Source of the DNA: Candidatus Babeliales bacterium
GTDB taxonomy: Bacteria > Babelota > Babeliae > Babelales > JANWKD01
Reading direction: 5' to 3'
DNA: 64,000 nucleotides
Assembly: GCA_963722075.1 (NCBI GenBank)
Contig: CAVRJM010000001.1
Location: 1,152,001-1,216,000 of the forward strand
The notes under the pieces are model-generated. The model was not told where the DNA came from and searched no databases. It saw only the letters and a program-made list of their open reading frames with translations. Shown here in pieces: positions 30,282-40,708 of the stretch (positions are counted from its first letter, which is position 1; each line of letters begins with the position of its first letter). The translations under genes were made by a program, and so were the position numbers.

Positions 30282-31700
30282 TTAGTTTTGTAATGCAAGC
30301 AAATAGTGATCTATGAAAAGCCCCCATGGGTGTTTGTGTTGATATGATGGATGTTTGTTGCCAAATTCAGGAAAATAAATTGAAATCCCGCGTGCTTGGC
30401 TTAAATTTTTTCCTGCAACATATGAAATCACCACATGATCGACAAGAGCCATACCTTCTTTAAGTTTGTTTTTTAATTCTGGAAGCACCGCTTTATATAT
30501 TTCTTTATCCCGAGCGTTTTTTAATTCTAATCGGTCTAAATTCAGTAATAAATTTTTATAAAAATGATGTAAGTCGATGTAGCTTGGTTCGTCAAAATGG
30601 GTACACAATAATTTATGCCTACTTGTTTTTATTGCCTCTTTAATCAGATTGTATTTCTTGTTTTTTAAACATTCAGTTAGTATGGAGGCCACCGTGTTAA
30701 CATTCTGTTCTAGCATGGTAACATCGCTCAAGTTTACCGCCGAAAATGTATAGTCATTCGTTAGCTTTTTGTAGGTGTTTTCAAATGATTGTACTATATG
30801 TTTAGCAAACGGTAGCATATCTATTTTTTGATGCTCATAAGGCTTTAAAACATCAATATAATCAAGTCCAGGCGCTAAAATCACTTCTTGAGAACCCAAC
30901 ATTAATTTAGCATATGGTTTGATCAGTAGTGCTATTTCATACATTTGTTGTAAGCAGGCGTCAAAAATGATCGCTTCAAATTTTCCGCGAATCGACTGCT
31001 CACATATTTTCTTTAAGGCAAAATCTAATTTTTGATTGGTTAAATAATTGCCCGTAATATCATCAAAGCAAATACCGCGTTGATTATCTGGAGAAGCAAT
31101 ATATTCTAAAAACGGCACCGTTCGATTAAGTTCTATCATATTGGTCATGGGGTTAAAGGTGAACAGTTGCGATGGGTTAACCGCACGTACCTGTTTAATA
31201 TCAATGATACCGGTGGCGTGGTTAGATAAAACAAGTAAATATTTTTTTGCTTTAAAATGCTTAACGCAATAATCGCACCAGTTAATTAAACTTTTTGGAT
31301 CACCGCTATCCATGCTCTGTGAAGAAGGATCATTTTGATTTAAAATGATAAGCTTATTTTTCTCAACAAAATAACGCTTTGTTACTTTTTTGTTGCCAGC
31401 CAATAGCACATCTAATTGGACCAAAATGTTCATATGGTTATTTGAGCCTATTTCTGAAAGTTGATTTAAATTTTTTCTTAAAAAATAACCTAAGTTATTG
31501 ACACCTGCCAAGTAAACTATGAGAGTTATATCCTTCTCCAGAGGCAATTTATTTTCTGATTTTAATAATTCTGTTGGTATAGAAGTTTCGATTTTGTTTA
31601 TAAATTTTTCAGATAAACAAAATGCAGGCTGTGGTAAAACAATTGCGGTAATAAATGCGCTTACAATGATTTTTTTAATACACAATTTTTTGAAAAACAT
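30282..31700 (-). CDS. Clostripain-like cysteine peptidase (C11), secreted
   Basis: VYLAGVNNL, SGDPKSL, VLSNHATG (His), ICFDD, FDACL (Cys), GSQE, GISIYFP. Confidence 0.85.
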   Translation of the reverse strand: MFFKKLCIKKIIVSAFITAIVLPQPAFCLSEKFINKIETSIPTELLKSENKLPLEKDITLIVYLAGVNNLGYFLRKNLNQLSEIGSNNHMNILVQLDVLLAGNKKVTKRYFVEKNKLIILNQNDPSSQSMDSGDPKSLINWCDYCVKHFKAKKYLLVLSNHATGIIDIKQVRAVNPSQLFTFNPMTNMIELNRTVPFLEYIASPDNQRGICFDDITGNYLTNQKLDFALKKICEQSIRGKFEAIIFDACLQQMYEIALLIKPYAKLMLGSQEVILAPGLDYIDVLKPYEHQKIDMLPFAKHIVQSFENTYKKLTNDYTFSAVNLSDVTMLEQNVNTVASILTECLKNKKYNLIKEAIKTSRHKLLCTHFDEPSYIDLHHFYKNLLLNLDRLELKNARDKEIYKAVLPELKNKLKEGMALVDHVVISYVAGKNLSQARGISIYFPEFGNKHPSYQHKHPWGLFIDHYLLALQN

Positions 31701-31782
31701 AACTATCCCCTTTCCCTAAAATATCTATTAGTTGTAGATTACATAATTCAAATAGGAAAAGGCAATCGTTTGTATTGTTAAG

Positions 31783-32919
31783 TTATTTTATAATAGAATT
31801 TAATTGTGGTTGTTGTGACCATTTGGTTTGATTAAACCATAACAGTGCAAAAGTGAGACCAAAGCTTAATTGGAAATCAAGAAAAAAAATGGTAATCGGG
31901 TTGTGAACTATAATTAATAATGTTACTAAGGAAAGAATATGGAGGCCATTAATTTGCTGATTAAAAATTATCCATAAGCAGTACAGGATAAACGTAAAAA
32001 AAGCACGTTCAAATGAAAGTGTTGGCCAGGTAAGTAAGAAATAAATTGAAGAAATACCTATAAAAAAGAATTGCTTTAGCAAAAACCAACACGGAATAAA
32101 TTGTAGTAAAAATCGCCATATCATAATAAAGAGCACTAGATGTAATCCTGATCGTGCTAGAAAATGAGAAAGCCCCCAATACTTAAAATACTCCCGTTGC
32201 TTTTCGGTATAGAAATTATGATGTTTAAACCCGAGAAAAAGCAGTGCAAATAAAGAAAAAATGGGTGATTTTATTTTTGTTTGTAGCCGTTCATAGAGCG
32301 CATATTTTTTAGTATGTAGCCATCTATAAAAGCAATAAAAAGGTCGCGTAACAATAGAAATAGCATTTTTTTCATTTAAAAATGAGCTGGCAATAATTTC
32401 ATCGCGCATTAGGTAGAATTTTATGGATTCTTCTTGGGGTATTTTTATTTTTAGTTTTGGAACATAAATAACATCTCCTATGGCGACATTATTAAGCTGA
32501 CGGGCATAAAGTGCTATCTTTTTATCGATGGTGATTTGTTGAGTAGCTGATTGTAGGGTATTATTGCTGAGTAAAATACGCCATTTATTATAGGCGTTTG
32601 GGGATGGTCCTATATCGTATACAGTGCCATAGATATCGTATTCAGTATCTTTTAACTTTTTATATACATGCTGGTAAGAATATAGCTGTAGGTAATAAAG
32701 CAGGGCCCCTACCAATAATGACAGTAAAATATAAAGGAGGTAAAAATTTTTATTCTTAAAAAATGAATAAAAGCCAATTATAAAAGAGGCTATTAAACAA
32801 AAGAATATAAAAAAATAAAAAATAGACTGAATCCAGATACCTACAATTAGTAAGAAGGTAATAAAAATTAGAGGATGTATGTGATTCAGTAAAAAAAATT
32901 TATTTATAAAAGCATGCAT
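31783..32919 (-). CDS. comEC: ComEC/Rec2-family competence protein (OB + Competence domain, no beta-lactamase domain)
   Basis: GLSHFLARSGLH, SFERA, NP...DFQLSF; multi-TM. Confidence 0.85.
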   Translation of the reverse strand: MHAFINKFFLLNHIHPLIFITFLLIVGIWIQSIFYFFIFFCLIASFIIGFYSFFKNKNFYLLYILLSLLVGALLYYLQLYSYQHVYKKLKDTEYDIYGTVYDIGPSPNAYNKWRILLSNNTLQSATQQITIDKKIALYARQLNNVAIGDVIYVPKLKIKIPQEESIKFYLMRDEIIASSFLNEKNAISIVTRPFYCFYRWLHTKKYALYERLQTKIKSPIFSLFALLFLGFKHHNFYTEKQREYFKYWGLSHFLARSGLHLVLFIMIWRFLLQFIPCWFLLKQFFFIGISSIYFLLTWPTLSFERAFFTFILYCLWIIFNQQINGLHILSLVTLLIIVHNPITIFFLDFQLSFGLTFALLWFNQTKWSQQPQLNSIIK

Positions 32920-32991
32920 AAGTGACTAGCAATAAGTTAATTATAATAGAAAAGTTTATAAAAAAAATAATCTTATTGCTAGTCAATCAAT

Positions 32992-34374
32992 TTATAAATA
33001 ACGTTCCCATTCCCAATCGGTTACACTATTTTGATATGCTTCTAATTCTTGTTTTTTATATGATAAAAAGTTGTTGAAAAGTATTGGACCAAATAGCTCC
33101 TGCATTAATGAACTATGTTCAAATGCGTATATCGCTTGCTCAAATGTTTGAGGAAGATGAATAATATTTTTTCTTGTTAATTCATCTTCAGAAATTGCAT
33201 ATAAATTTTCTTCAATGAGTGAGGGCAATGAGTACCCATTTTTAATTCCTTCCATCCCCGCACATAATAAAGCTGCCAATGCCATATAGGGATTAGCTAA
33301 TCCATCGGGAGAGCGAATTTCGGCTCGCACGGCTTCCGGTTGCTCAGCTTGGGGTAACCTTATAAGAGCGCTTCTATTTTTTGCACCAACGCAAATAAAT
33401 TTTGGTGCTTCATGACCGCCAAGCCTTTTATAGGAGTTTATAGAAGAATTGAGTACCAGGGTAAGTTCCGGAACATGTTTGATGATCCCGGCAAGAAACT
33501 GTTGCCCTATGATGCTTAATTTATGTGGATTTTGTTCATCATAAAATGCATTTAAGTTGTTATTAATATCATAAAGGCTCATGTTGATATGCATGCCATT
33601 TCCAGGTTTATGGGCAAAAGGTTTGGGCATAAAACTGATTTTTTTATGGTAATTTTTTCCCAGTATTTGTAAAGTATCTTTTGTTGTTAAAATGGCATCG
33701 GCGATTACTAAAGCATTATCTCTTTTTAAACTGACTTCGAATTGCCCGTTACCAACTTCATGATGGATTTTTTCTATATTTAAATCCATTTCATTAAGTA
33801 CCTGCATGATAGTAACCAGTGCGTTTGATGTAGAAATACTTCTGGTTGCATCAGTATAACTAAGCATATCAACAGGGGTATATTTATCATCTTGAGCGTC
33901 TAGAATATAAAATTCAATTTCTGGTCCCACATGAAAATCAAACCCCAGATCATGCAGCTTATTAAGCTCTTTTTGCAAAATGGCTCGAGGATCTGCAAAG
34001 TAGGGAGTATCTTTATCTTGGTGTATAGTACACATAATACGCATCATGCTCATATGATCATACATCCATGGTATTTTTCTTGCTGGCGTTGATAAATCGG
34101 GCATTAACAACATATCACTATTAGTAATACGGCTGCAGCCAAGAATTGAAGACCCATCAAAATGGATACCATTGGTTATATAGTGTTCAAGTTGGCTATG
34201 ACTGCTCAAGGGAATAATAATGGATTTAGGGGAAGCTGCTAAAAAATCATAAAAACAGAATTCGATGTTGCGAATGTAATGGCTTTTGCATAATTCAGGC
34301 AAGGAATCCTGTGAAATAACAGTATTGATGATGAGCAAAGATATAATGAAATTAACTACTTTTTTATTGAACAT
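32992..34374 (-). CDS. glnA: Glutamine synthetase type I family with N-terminal signal peptide
   Basis: FDGSSI, GPEIEFY, HHEVGNGQFE, FMPKP, GNGMH, NSYKRL, NRSALIR, EIRSPD..ANPY. Confidence 0.9.
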   Translation of the reverse strand: MFNKKVVNFIISLLIINTVISQDSLPELCKSHYIRNIEFCFYDFLAASPKSIIIPLSSHSQLEHYITNGIHFDGSSILGCSRITNSDMLLMPDLSTPARKIPWMYDHMSMMRIMCTIHQDKDTPYFADPRAILQKELNKLHDLGFDFHVGPEIEFYILDAQDDKYTPVDMLSYTDATRSISTSNALVTIMQVLNEMDLNIEKIHHEVGNGQFEVSLKRDNALVIADAILTTKDTLQILGKNYHKKISFMPKPFAHKPGNGMHINMSLYDINNNLNAFYDEQNPHKLSIIGQQFLAGIIKHVPELTLVLNSSINSYKRLGGHEAPKFICVGAKNRSALIRLPQAEQPEAVRAEIRSPDGLANPYMALAALLCAGMEGIKNGYSLPSLIEENLYAISEDELTRKNIIHLPQTFEQAIYAFEHSSLMQELFGPILFNNFLSYKKQELEAYQNSVTDWEWERYL

Positions 34375-34480
34375 AAAGCTCCCTTTTTTATATATTCATT
34401 ACGAACTTTATTGTATACTCTATTTAGACTATTTGTTATATTAGCCCTTTTAAGATTTTTTTCTACTATTTATCATTTTT

Positions 34481-34936
34481 ATGATTGTTATAAAAAACAC
34501 CCAACGTGCTGTTAAATTAGATATTCGCCACATCAAAAACACCGTACAAAAAATATTGTCTATTATTGGTTATGACGATTTTGATATTGGCATATGGTTT
34601 ACTACTAATAAAACGATCCAAAAATATAACGCAACTTACCGCGCTAAAAATAAGCCGACCGATATTCTTTCTTTTTCATATCATCCGGATTTAGCCGCAG
34701 GCCAAAAAATAAAAGTTAACGCTGCTGAAGATAAAAATCTGGGGGACCTTATACTTTCTCCTGAATATATTCAAAAAACAGCTACTGAAATGCAACAACT
34801 ATTCCAGGAGCGCTTAGAAGTCTTATTGGTGCATGGCATTTGTCATTTACTTGGTTATGATCATGAGCGCGATGAAGATTTTAAGAAAATGCAACGCAAA
34901 GAACAAATGATTTTGAAGAAGTTGAAAAATTATTAG
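34481..34936 (+). CDS. ybeY: rRNA maturation endoribonuclease YbeY
   Basis: YRAKNKPTDILSF, LGDLIL, VHGICHLLGYDH. Confidence 0.96.
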   Translation: MIVIKNTQRAVKLDIRHIKNTVQKILSIIGYDDFDIGIWFTTNKTIQKYNATYRAKNKPTDILSFSYHPDLAAGQKIKVNAAEDKNLGDLILSPEYIQKTATEMQQLFQERLEVLLVHGICHLLGYDHERDEDFKKMQRKEQMILKKLKNY

Positions 34937-35056
34937 CTGAATAAATCGGCTAAAATTAAGGGTTTTTTACCCAGTGACTACTACTCTAAGAGATGAACTT
35001 TTGAAGCAACGAACTCATCCGATTAAAATTATTTTACAGGGAAAAGTAAATTATTG

Positions 35057-35115
35057 CTTGTCAATTAAATTCAAATTGAATTTTTAATTGACAAGACTGC
35101 TTATTTAACTATACT
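35057..35115 (+). promoter_or_regulatory. Sigma70-like promoter overlapped by a long palindrome
   Basis: TTGACA (35088)-16 nt-TATACT (35110); palindrome cttgtcaattaaattcaa/ttgaatttttaattgacaag. Confidence 0.6.
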
Positions 35116-35154
35116 TAATAATTATTATAAATAATCATATGAGGGGATAATAAA

Positions 35155-35733
35155 ATGCGTCTTATATTAAAAAAACTGGCTCTCACGGGATCTGCTTTAT
35201 TTTTAAGTACAGCATTAAATGGTATGGAGATTGCAAGTGATGTAATACAGAGTTGCGTTACTTCACATATCTGTATAAAAACTGGCCAATTAATTCATGA
35301 ATTAGGTCATGTAGCTGTTGCGAAGATGCTATATGGTAATATCGATTGGAGATTTACTCAATTCTCCTTAAGTCCATTTAAAGGCATGAGGGTTTTTATA
35401 GATGCACAACCGGGAGGAATAAAGGATGCTCTGGTTACTTTGGAAGGTCCGCTATCGGCTTTATTAACAGGATATTTGCTATTGAAATGCAATAATGTTT
35501 TTTATGAACACCAATATAAAAAAAGGAGCTTCAAAAAGGCGGTTAAAAAAGGTTTTAAAAAGCCGTTGTTCAATAAAAATCAAAATCCAGGGATTCAAGC
35601 AGGCGCTTTTTGCTCAATGCTGTCTTGTGCAACAGATTTACTGTCGATAAATTTTAATACAACTAAATTTTTTCACATTGATAAAACCATGGACGGTTAT
35701 GGCGTACTTAAAGCTCTAGATTTGGTGAAATGA
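35155..35733 (+). CDS. HExxH (M50-like) metallopeptidase-related secreted protein
   Basis: LIHELGHVAVA, VTLEGP, C-terminal DG; signal peptide ending LNG|ME. Confidence 0.65.
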   Translation: MRLILKKLALTGSALFLSTALNGMEIASDVIQSCVTSHICIKTGQLIHELGHVAVAKMLYGNIDWRFTQFSLSPFKGMRVFIDAQPGGIKDALVTLEGPLSALLTGYLLLKCNNVFYEHQYKKRSFKKAVKKGFKKPLFNKNQNPGIQAGAFCSMLSCATDLLSINFNTTKFFHIDKTMDGYGVLKALDLVK

Positions 35734-36570
35734 TTATTTATAACATGTATAAGAACTATTTATTTGTGTAATAGTAAATGGGCTTGGAACATTGTTTATA
35801 GTAAATCGATACAATGCTCCATCAATAATTGTTGTCGGTGCAATAATAAAAAAATCAGCGAGCGTAAGCCAGCAAAATGTAAAAAATAAGAATGGCGATA
35901 ATGTTTTCGTTATAATTATTAAAATAATTAAAATTATAAATGGGAAGAAATTCGTCTCTTTAACTATATGATGACCAAATGTTGCGGTTAATCGTTGATA
36001 TGCTTTTACAAAAGCTTCTTGAGAGTTGGTTTTTTCCCTTATTATTATTAATGGCGTTAGTGTTACCAAAGGCTCCCATGTGATTAATAGTTTTGTTTTG
36101 ATATAATCGTGAGTAAATGAACCCACAATTTCTTCTGCCTCTATAATTCGTCGTAACGATCTAAAAAAATAACCACCATAATATGATTTATTAGTTCGAT
36201 ACATAAATCGAAATACCCATGATAGCCATTCAAAATAGAGTATATTTTTTAAAGAAGAAACAACCTCTTTAATAGATCTTAAAATGTTTTGTTGGTTTTC
36301 AATAATTGAAAGTTCGTATTCGGTTTGGATAAGAAAAATTAATCGTAATAAAATAAAAATGATGGAGGCGAAGATAAGAAGAAAAAAAAGTAGAAAAACA
36401 GCTAAAAAATAGTTGTTTATTATATATGGTCGACCATAATAAAAAACCGCAAAACTCAATAATAAAAAAGCAAAAGCTATAAGGCTTCGTATTAAGCTAA
36501 AAATAAGAAGATATGGATGTTTTAAAATCCACCAATAAGCTGACAAATAAATGTTCATATTATCCAGCAC
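35734..36570 (-). CDS. Hypothetical integral membrane protein
   Basis: 278-aa multi-TM ORF overlapping the MCE gene end. Confidence 0.7.
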   Translation of the reverse strand: MLDNMNIYLSAYWWILKHPYLLIFSLIRSLIAFAFLLLSFAVFYYGRPYIINNYFLAVFLLFFLLIFASIIFILLRLIFLIQTEYELSIIENQQNILRSIKEVVSSLKNILYFEWLSWVFRFMYRTNKSYYGGYFFRSLRRIIEAEEIVGSFTHDYIKTKLLITWEPLVTLTPLIIIREKTNSQEAFVKAYQRLTATFGHHIVKETNFFPFIILIILIIITKTLSPFLFFTFCWLTLADFFIIAPTTIIDGALYRFTINNVPSPFTITQINSSYTCYK

Positions 36571-38245
36571 TGGAGCCTAAGAAGCCAATTTTAGAAGCAA
36601 TGAATTTCAAGTCGTCATCACTGAAGCGTAATCCCATACCAAAGAATCCGTTAGCGTTGTTGCGGCTTACAAAGTCATCAGCGCCAAAGGCCATATAAAT
36701 ATTACGCATTACAAAGACGCGGTTAATCCATTTAACATGTGGATTTTGATCGTTGATACGATCTCGACCACGAAGATCAAAGATTTCAGCAGACATTACC
36801 CAACGGAATTTATCAGTACCAAAAGGAATTTCTATATCAAAGCCCATACCCACGGTGCTTTCAAAAAGCCCAAATCGAACGGCAACGTTTCTGAAAATCT
36901 TACCAATTTGAGCACCGTATTTAAATTTATCAAAGGTACGTTCGATGGTTTCAATTCTACCAATCAGTTCTGGTAAAAATATTCTATTGGTTTCTCTGGT
37001 GTTTGGCGGCGTATCTTTAAAAGTAAAATCAAAAATATCACTTGCTAGAATCTGCCTATTTTGTTCGTCATACCAGTTTTTTATGAGTTCATGACGGCTT
37101 AAAGATCCTTTTTGTGAGCCAACTAATTGGAAAATATAAAAATGATCATCGGTTGGATGAATGCGAACATCTAGGTACCCTTTAGTATCTTGATACCGGT
37201 ATGTTTCAGCAGGACGGTACATATATTCACCATGGGAATCAATTACAATGCTTAAATTGTCGATTTTAGCAAAATAATTTTTCAAGCCACCAACAGCTTG
37301 TTTAAGATCAAAGTATGCCTCATCTTCATTAACCAATTTGCCAATGAGGCCTTTGCCTTCATCGATTTTTTCGGCAATAGAAGTAATATTTTTAAATCCA
37401 TTCTTAGCTTCAATTGCTGCGCTTTCTAAAGCGTTAGTGGTATGCTCAAGTTGATAGGTAATGGTATGGAAGTCTCGATCAAAGACTTCTGAAACTTTTT
37501 CAATACTATTTTTAAATGCTGGTAAGAAATCGGTCTCAAGCTTATTTGAAAGTCTGCTCAAATCCTGTCCTAGATGTGGGACGGTATCTTTCATATCACT
37601 GGCAATATCACGAATATCAGAAAGAATAGTATTGATGGTATCTTCGTTATGAGAAAGTGTGCGGTCAAGCATTTCGGTGAAATCCGCAATTCGTTCAGCG
37701 GCGCGATTTAAATGTTCCATTGTTAATCGAAGTTCATCACGGCCTCGATCACCGCCGATCACCTCACGCAGTGAAGAGGTCACATCATCAACATTGGTAG
37801 CAATTGATTGCACTTTATATAAAATTTCATCAACTGAAGCAGGTGCTCTTCCCGGTTTACCAAGTGCTTGCCCAGCGTGCAAATGTGGTAAATAAGGATC
37901 CCCTGGAATGACTTCTAGATACTTAGTTCCTAAAAGGCCTTCTTGACGTACAATAGCATGCGCATCACTGTGCAGAATATATTTTTTTAAGATCATAATA
38001 TTGGCTTTTGCCTGATACTCATGATCTTCTACAAGCTCTATAGATTCTACCCAGCCAATTTTTACTCCTGCTATTTTAACCTCAGCTTTTTTTTCTAATC
38101 CTGAAATATCGTTAAAATAGACAATTTGGTGCTTATAGTTGTGTCGGTCAAGCCTGAAGACTCCTAGCTGCATAGTCATATAAAAAAAGAGCGCTAGCGC
38201 GCCAATTACTACCAGACCAACATGAGTTTCTGTTTTAATCTGCAA
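36560..38245 (-). CDS. MlaD/MCE-domain protein with helical stalk and beta-rich C-terminus
   Basis: N-terminal TM; FNDISGLEKKAEVKIAGVKIGWV, EGLLGTKYLEVIPG MCE motifs; TTG start. Confidence 0.88.
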   Translation of the reverse strand: MQIKTETHVGLVVIGALALFFYMTMQLGVFRLDRHNYKHQIVYFNDISGLEKKAEVKIAGVKIGWVESIELVEDHEYQAKANIMILKKYILHSDAHAIVRQEGLLGTKYLEVIPGDPYLPHLHAGQALGKPGRAPASVDEILYKVQSIATNVDDVTSSLREVIGGDRGRDELRLTMEHLNRAAERIADFTEMLDRTLSHNEDTINTILSDIRDIASDMKDTVPHLGQDLSRLSNKLETDFLPAFKNSIEKVSEVFDRDFHTITYQLEHTTNALESAAIEAKNGFKNITSIAEKIDEGKGLIGKLVNEDEAYFDLKQAVGGLKNYFAKIDNLSIVIDSHGEYMYRPAETYRYQDTKGYLDVRIHPTDDHFYIFQLVGSQKGSLSRHELIKNWYDEQNRQILASDIFDFTFKDTPPNTRETNRIFLPELIGRIETIERTFDKFKYGAQIGKIFRNVAVRFGLFESTVGMGFDIEIPFGTDKFRWVMSAEIFDLRGRDRINDQNPHVKWINRVFVMRNIYMAFGADDFVSRNNANGFFGMGLRFSDDDLKFIASKIGFLGSSAG

Positions 38246-38263
38246 AGTACATCCTTTTTCAGA

Positions 38264-39298
38264 TCAAAGCCAATATAATTTTTTTATCATAAAAGTAACT
38301 GGATCTTGTGCTTCTACAATTGCAAAAACCTTTTGAGTTATATTTCCTACTGTTCCATACGAAAGCACACTAAATGTTTTTGCATGAAATTTGTTCGCTA
38401 ACAGCATAGCAAGATCAGTCGGTATCGCTTTAAATTCTTTAGCATATAATTTTTCTAAACTTTGTTCCCATATAGTTTTAATATCTCCTGAAACCGATTT
38501 TATATTTTTTAATACTTCTTCTGGTATAGTGGCTGCCCTTTTTAACCCATATAAGGTGCTTATCGAATATGATAATAACCATGGGTTCATTGTTGTTTCA
38601 TGTGACCAGATAGTAAAAATATCTGTTAAATACACCGGCTGCTGCTCCTTTTTTGTTGGTACAGAAGGTTCATAAAAAACTTTGTCTTTAAAAACCGATT
38701 GAAACTCTTCTATAGCAAGTAATTCAGTAATATCTTGTAACTTATACTGCCTTTGTTTTAAAAACTTTTCAAATGGTTCAAATAAATTTTTATCATTTAA
38801 AAATTTTTTAGCTGAAGCAAACAGGGCACTTAATGCCTTTTTGCTATCTTGTGTTGCAGCCCCTTCATTTAAAAATTTTTTTGCTGAAAAATCAAATAAT
38901 TGATTAATGTCAATTTTACCATCTTCGCTCATAATACAAAATTTTACAATTCCTTCCATGCCATCAATATCGCCCTTAAGCGAAAACTCCTGCCAAAGAT
39001 TAATGAATGGTAGGTTTTTTTTTAAAAATAATAACGCAGGGTCTTCAGTTTTTTTTTGTTCTGCCCCTTTTTCTTCTTTTTCTGGTGATGGCGGCAATGA
39101 TAATTGATCAATGGCAAGTTGTATGCCTCCCTTAGCAAGCATTTTTGCTTTTTCTCGATCAACCATAGCGCGATCAAAATAGAAATGTACTCGTGCGCGA
39201 TTAAAAAGCTGCGTTACCATAACTACCATGATGCTCAAAATGATAAGGGTTAGTACTAAAACAAATCCCGGTGTGCTTTGCGATACTTTTTTCTTCAT
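38264..39298 (-). CDS. gspK: Minor pseudopilin GspK
   Basis: G|FVLVLTL, AKMLAKGGIQLA, EDGKIDIN, LQDITELL. Confidence 0.85.
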   Translation of the reverse strand: MKKKVSQSTPGFVLVLTLIILSIMVVMVTQLFNRARVHFYFDRAMVDREKAKMLAKGGIQLAIDQLSLPPSPEKEEKGAEQKKTEDPALLFLKKNLPFINLWQEFSLKGDIDGMEGIVKFCIMSEDGKIDINQLFDFSAKKFLNEGAATQDSKKALSALFASAKKFLNDKNLFEPFEKFLKQRQYKLQDITELLAIEEFQSVFKDKVFYEPSVPTKKEQQPVYLTDIFTIWSHETTMNPWLLSYSISTLYGLKRAATIPEEVLKNIKSVSGDIKTIWEQSLEKLYAKEFKAIPTDLAMLLANKFHAKTFSVLSYGTVGNITQKVFAIVEAQDPVTFMIKKLYWL

Positions 39299-39305
39299 AT
39301 AATCC

Positions 39306-40286
39306 TCAGGTTTTAGCTGCTGACGGCGTCGGTGTTGCTTGTGCTGCTGGTGTTGATGGCGTAGGGGCAGGTGTAGGCGCGGGCGCAGGAGTGGCTTTTT
39401 GCGCTTGAGCGGGTTGCATAAGTGCTAAAAATGTTGGAATTTCATAATTAAAAGTGAAGCTCTTTTCTTGTTGCTGTTGATTATTCCATAATTCTAGCGA
39501 TACGGTTACAAATTGTGGCGTTTTTGGTTGCTCTTTTGGCGCTTTTTGTGATTCAACATCCCAGCTATAAACGGTTTTGAATTCTGGCTTAGGCTTTTCT
39601 TCTTTGGATTCTTTTTTTTCTGGTGTTGCTATTGTGGGTGGTGTTGGTGCTTTTGCTGGTTGCTGCGCTTGCTCTTTTTGTACCGGAAAAGAATATTCTA
39701 TTTTCATGTTTTTAATATTGGTAGCCAGTTCATAAGCGCGAATGGGCTTTGCTGATTTTAAATCAAATGCTTTTAGCTCTAACTCATTTGATTCTTGCCG
39801 GAGCAAGGTATATGATTTTTGTTCCTTTCCTTGTTGCGGTACTTGTTGTGGTATTAGACGATAAACAACGCGTACAAAGCGCGGTTTTGCTTTGGCATTT
39901 TTTGCTTTTTCATAAATTTTTACCGGATTATTTGTTAAAAAAGTGAGCATTTCTAAACTTCCTTCAGCGTTATTAGTGCTATAGAAGATATGCTCAATGG
40001 GCTTAGGAGGAGGTGCTTGGGCGGCTTCTTTTGCGGCCGGTTGAGTAGTTGTTTTTGCTGGTGTTGCTGTTTTAGTTAGATCTGGTTGGATGGGAATTAA
40101 AGCACCATCCAGATCTTTTTCAAACTGATTTGAAATTATCGCTGCTCTAAAATCGGTTTGAATAAAATTATCCGCGATATCGACGATGCGATGTGTTATA
40201 AAAAAACTATTATATAAAACCGTTGCAATAATGCCCGAAAGAAGGATTCCTATAGAAAGTTCAATTAAGGTAAAACCTGGTTTCAT
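39306..40286 (-). CDS. gspJ: Minor pseudopilin GspJ-like with Pro/Ala/Thr/Gln-rich insertions
   Basis: Prepilin motif G|FTLIEL; operon position. Confidence 0.75.
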   Translation of the reverse strand: MKPGFTLIELSIGILLSGIIATVLYNSFFITHRIVDIADNFIQTDFRAAIISNQFEKDLDGALIPIQPDLTKTATPAKTTTQPAAKEAAQAPPPKPIEHIFYSTNNAEGSLEMLTFLTNNPVKIYEKAKNAKAKPRFVRVVYRLIPQQVPQQGKEQKSYTLLRQESNELELKAFDLKSAKPIRAYELATNIKNMKIEYSFPVQKEQAQQPAKAPTPPTIATPEKKESKEEKPKPEFKTVYSWDVESQKAPKEQPKTPQFVTVSLELWNNQQQQEKSFTFNYEIPTFLALMQPAQAQKATPAPAPTPAPTPSTPAAQATPTPSAAKT

Positions 40287-40708
40287 TTCTTTTTTTGTTC
40301 CTCTTTTTGCGGAGCTTTATAAAGAAATGTTATCATTTTTTCTTGCAATTTAATAATGCCGTGTTGCCATTGGGCTTGTGCTTTTTCAATGATCGTATTG
40401 GAAAATTTTTTGAGCGACGAATGTTCATTAATCGGGCCCGTTGAAAAAGTAACCTCAGCAGCTTCAGTGGTAGCTTTTTTGGTAGGCTCTTCTTGTTGCT
40501 TTGCGCGCTGCAAGGAAGCGATTATAAAATTATTCCTCAGGGACAATACATGAGTTAGTTTTGAAGAGCTCGTAACAATTGAACCAAATGAGGTATTTTG
40601 TAAATTTAAAATTGCCGTCATAAGCATACCGAGCATAATTATGGCAATCATAACTTCAATAAGACTGAAGCCAGAGGCGGTTATATTATGGTTTTTGAAA
40701 TGTATCAT
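40283..40708 (-). CDS. gspI: Minor pseudopilin GspI-like
   Basis: G|FSLIEVMIA; size and position. Confidence 0.75.
   Translation of the reverse strand: MIHFKNHNITASGFSLIEVMIAIIMLGMLMTAILNLQNTSFGSIVTSSSKLTHVLSLRNNFIIASLQRAKQQEEPTKKATTEAAEVTFSTGPINEHSSLKKFSNTIIEKAQAQWQHGIIKLQEKMITFLYKAPQKEEQKKK

Noticed and set aside
34940..35030. Possible structured RNA after ybeY (aatcgg...ccgatt, gggt...accc)
   Set aside because: Stems short and no match to a riboswitch consensus I can recognise; an Rfam scan would be needed
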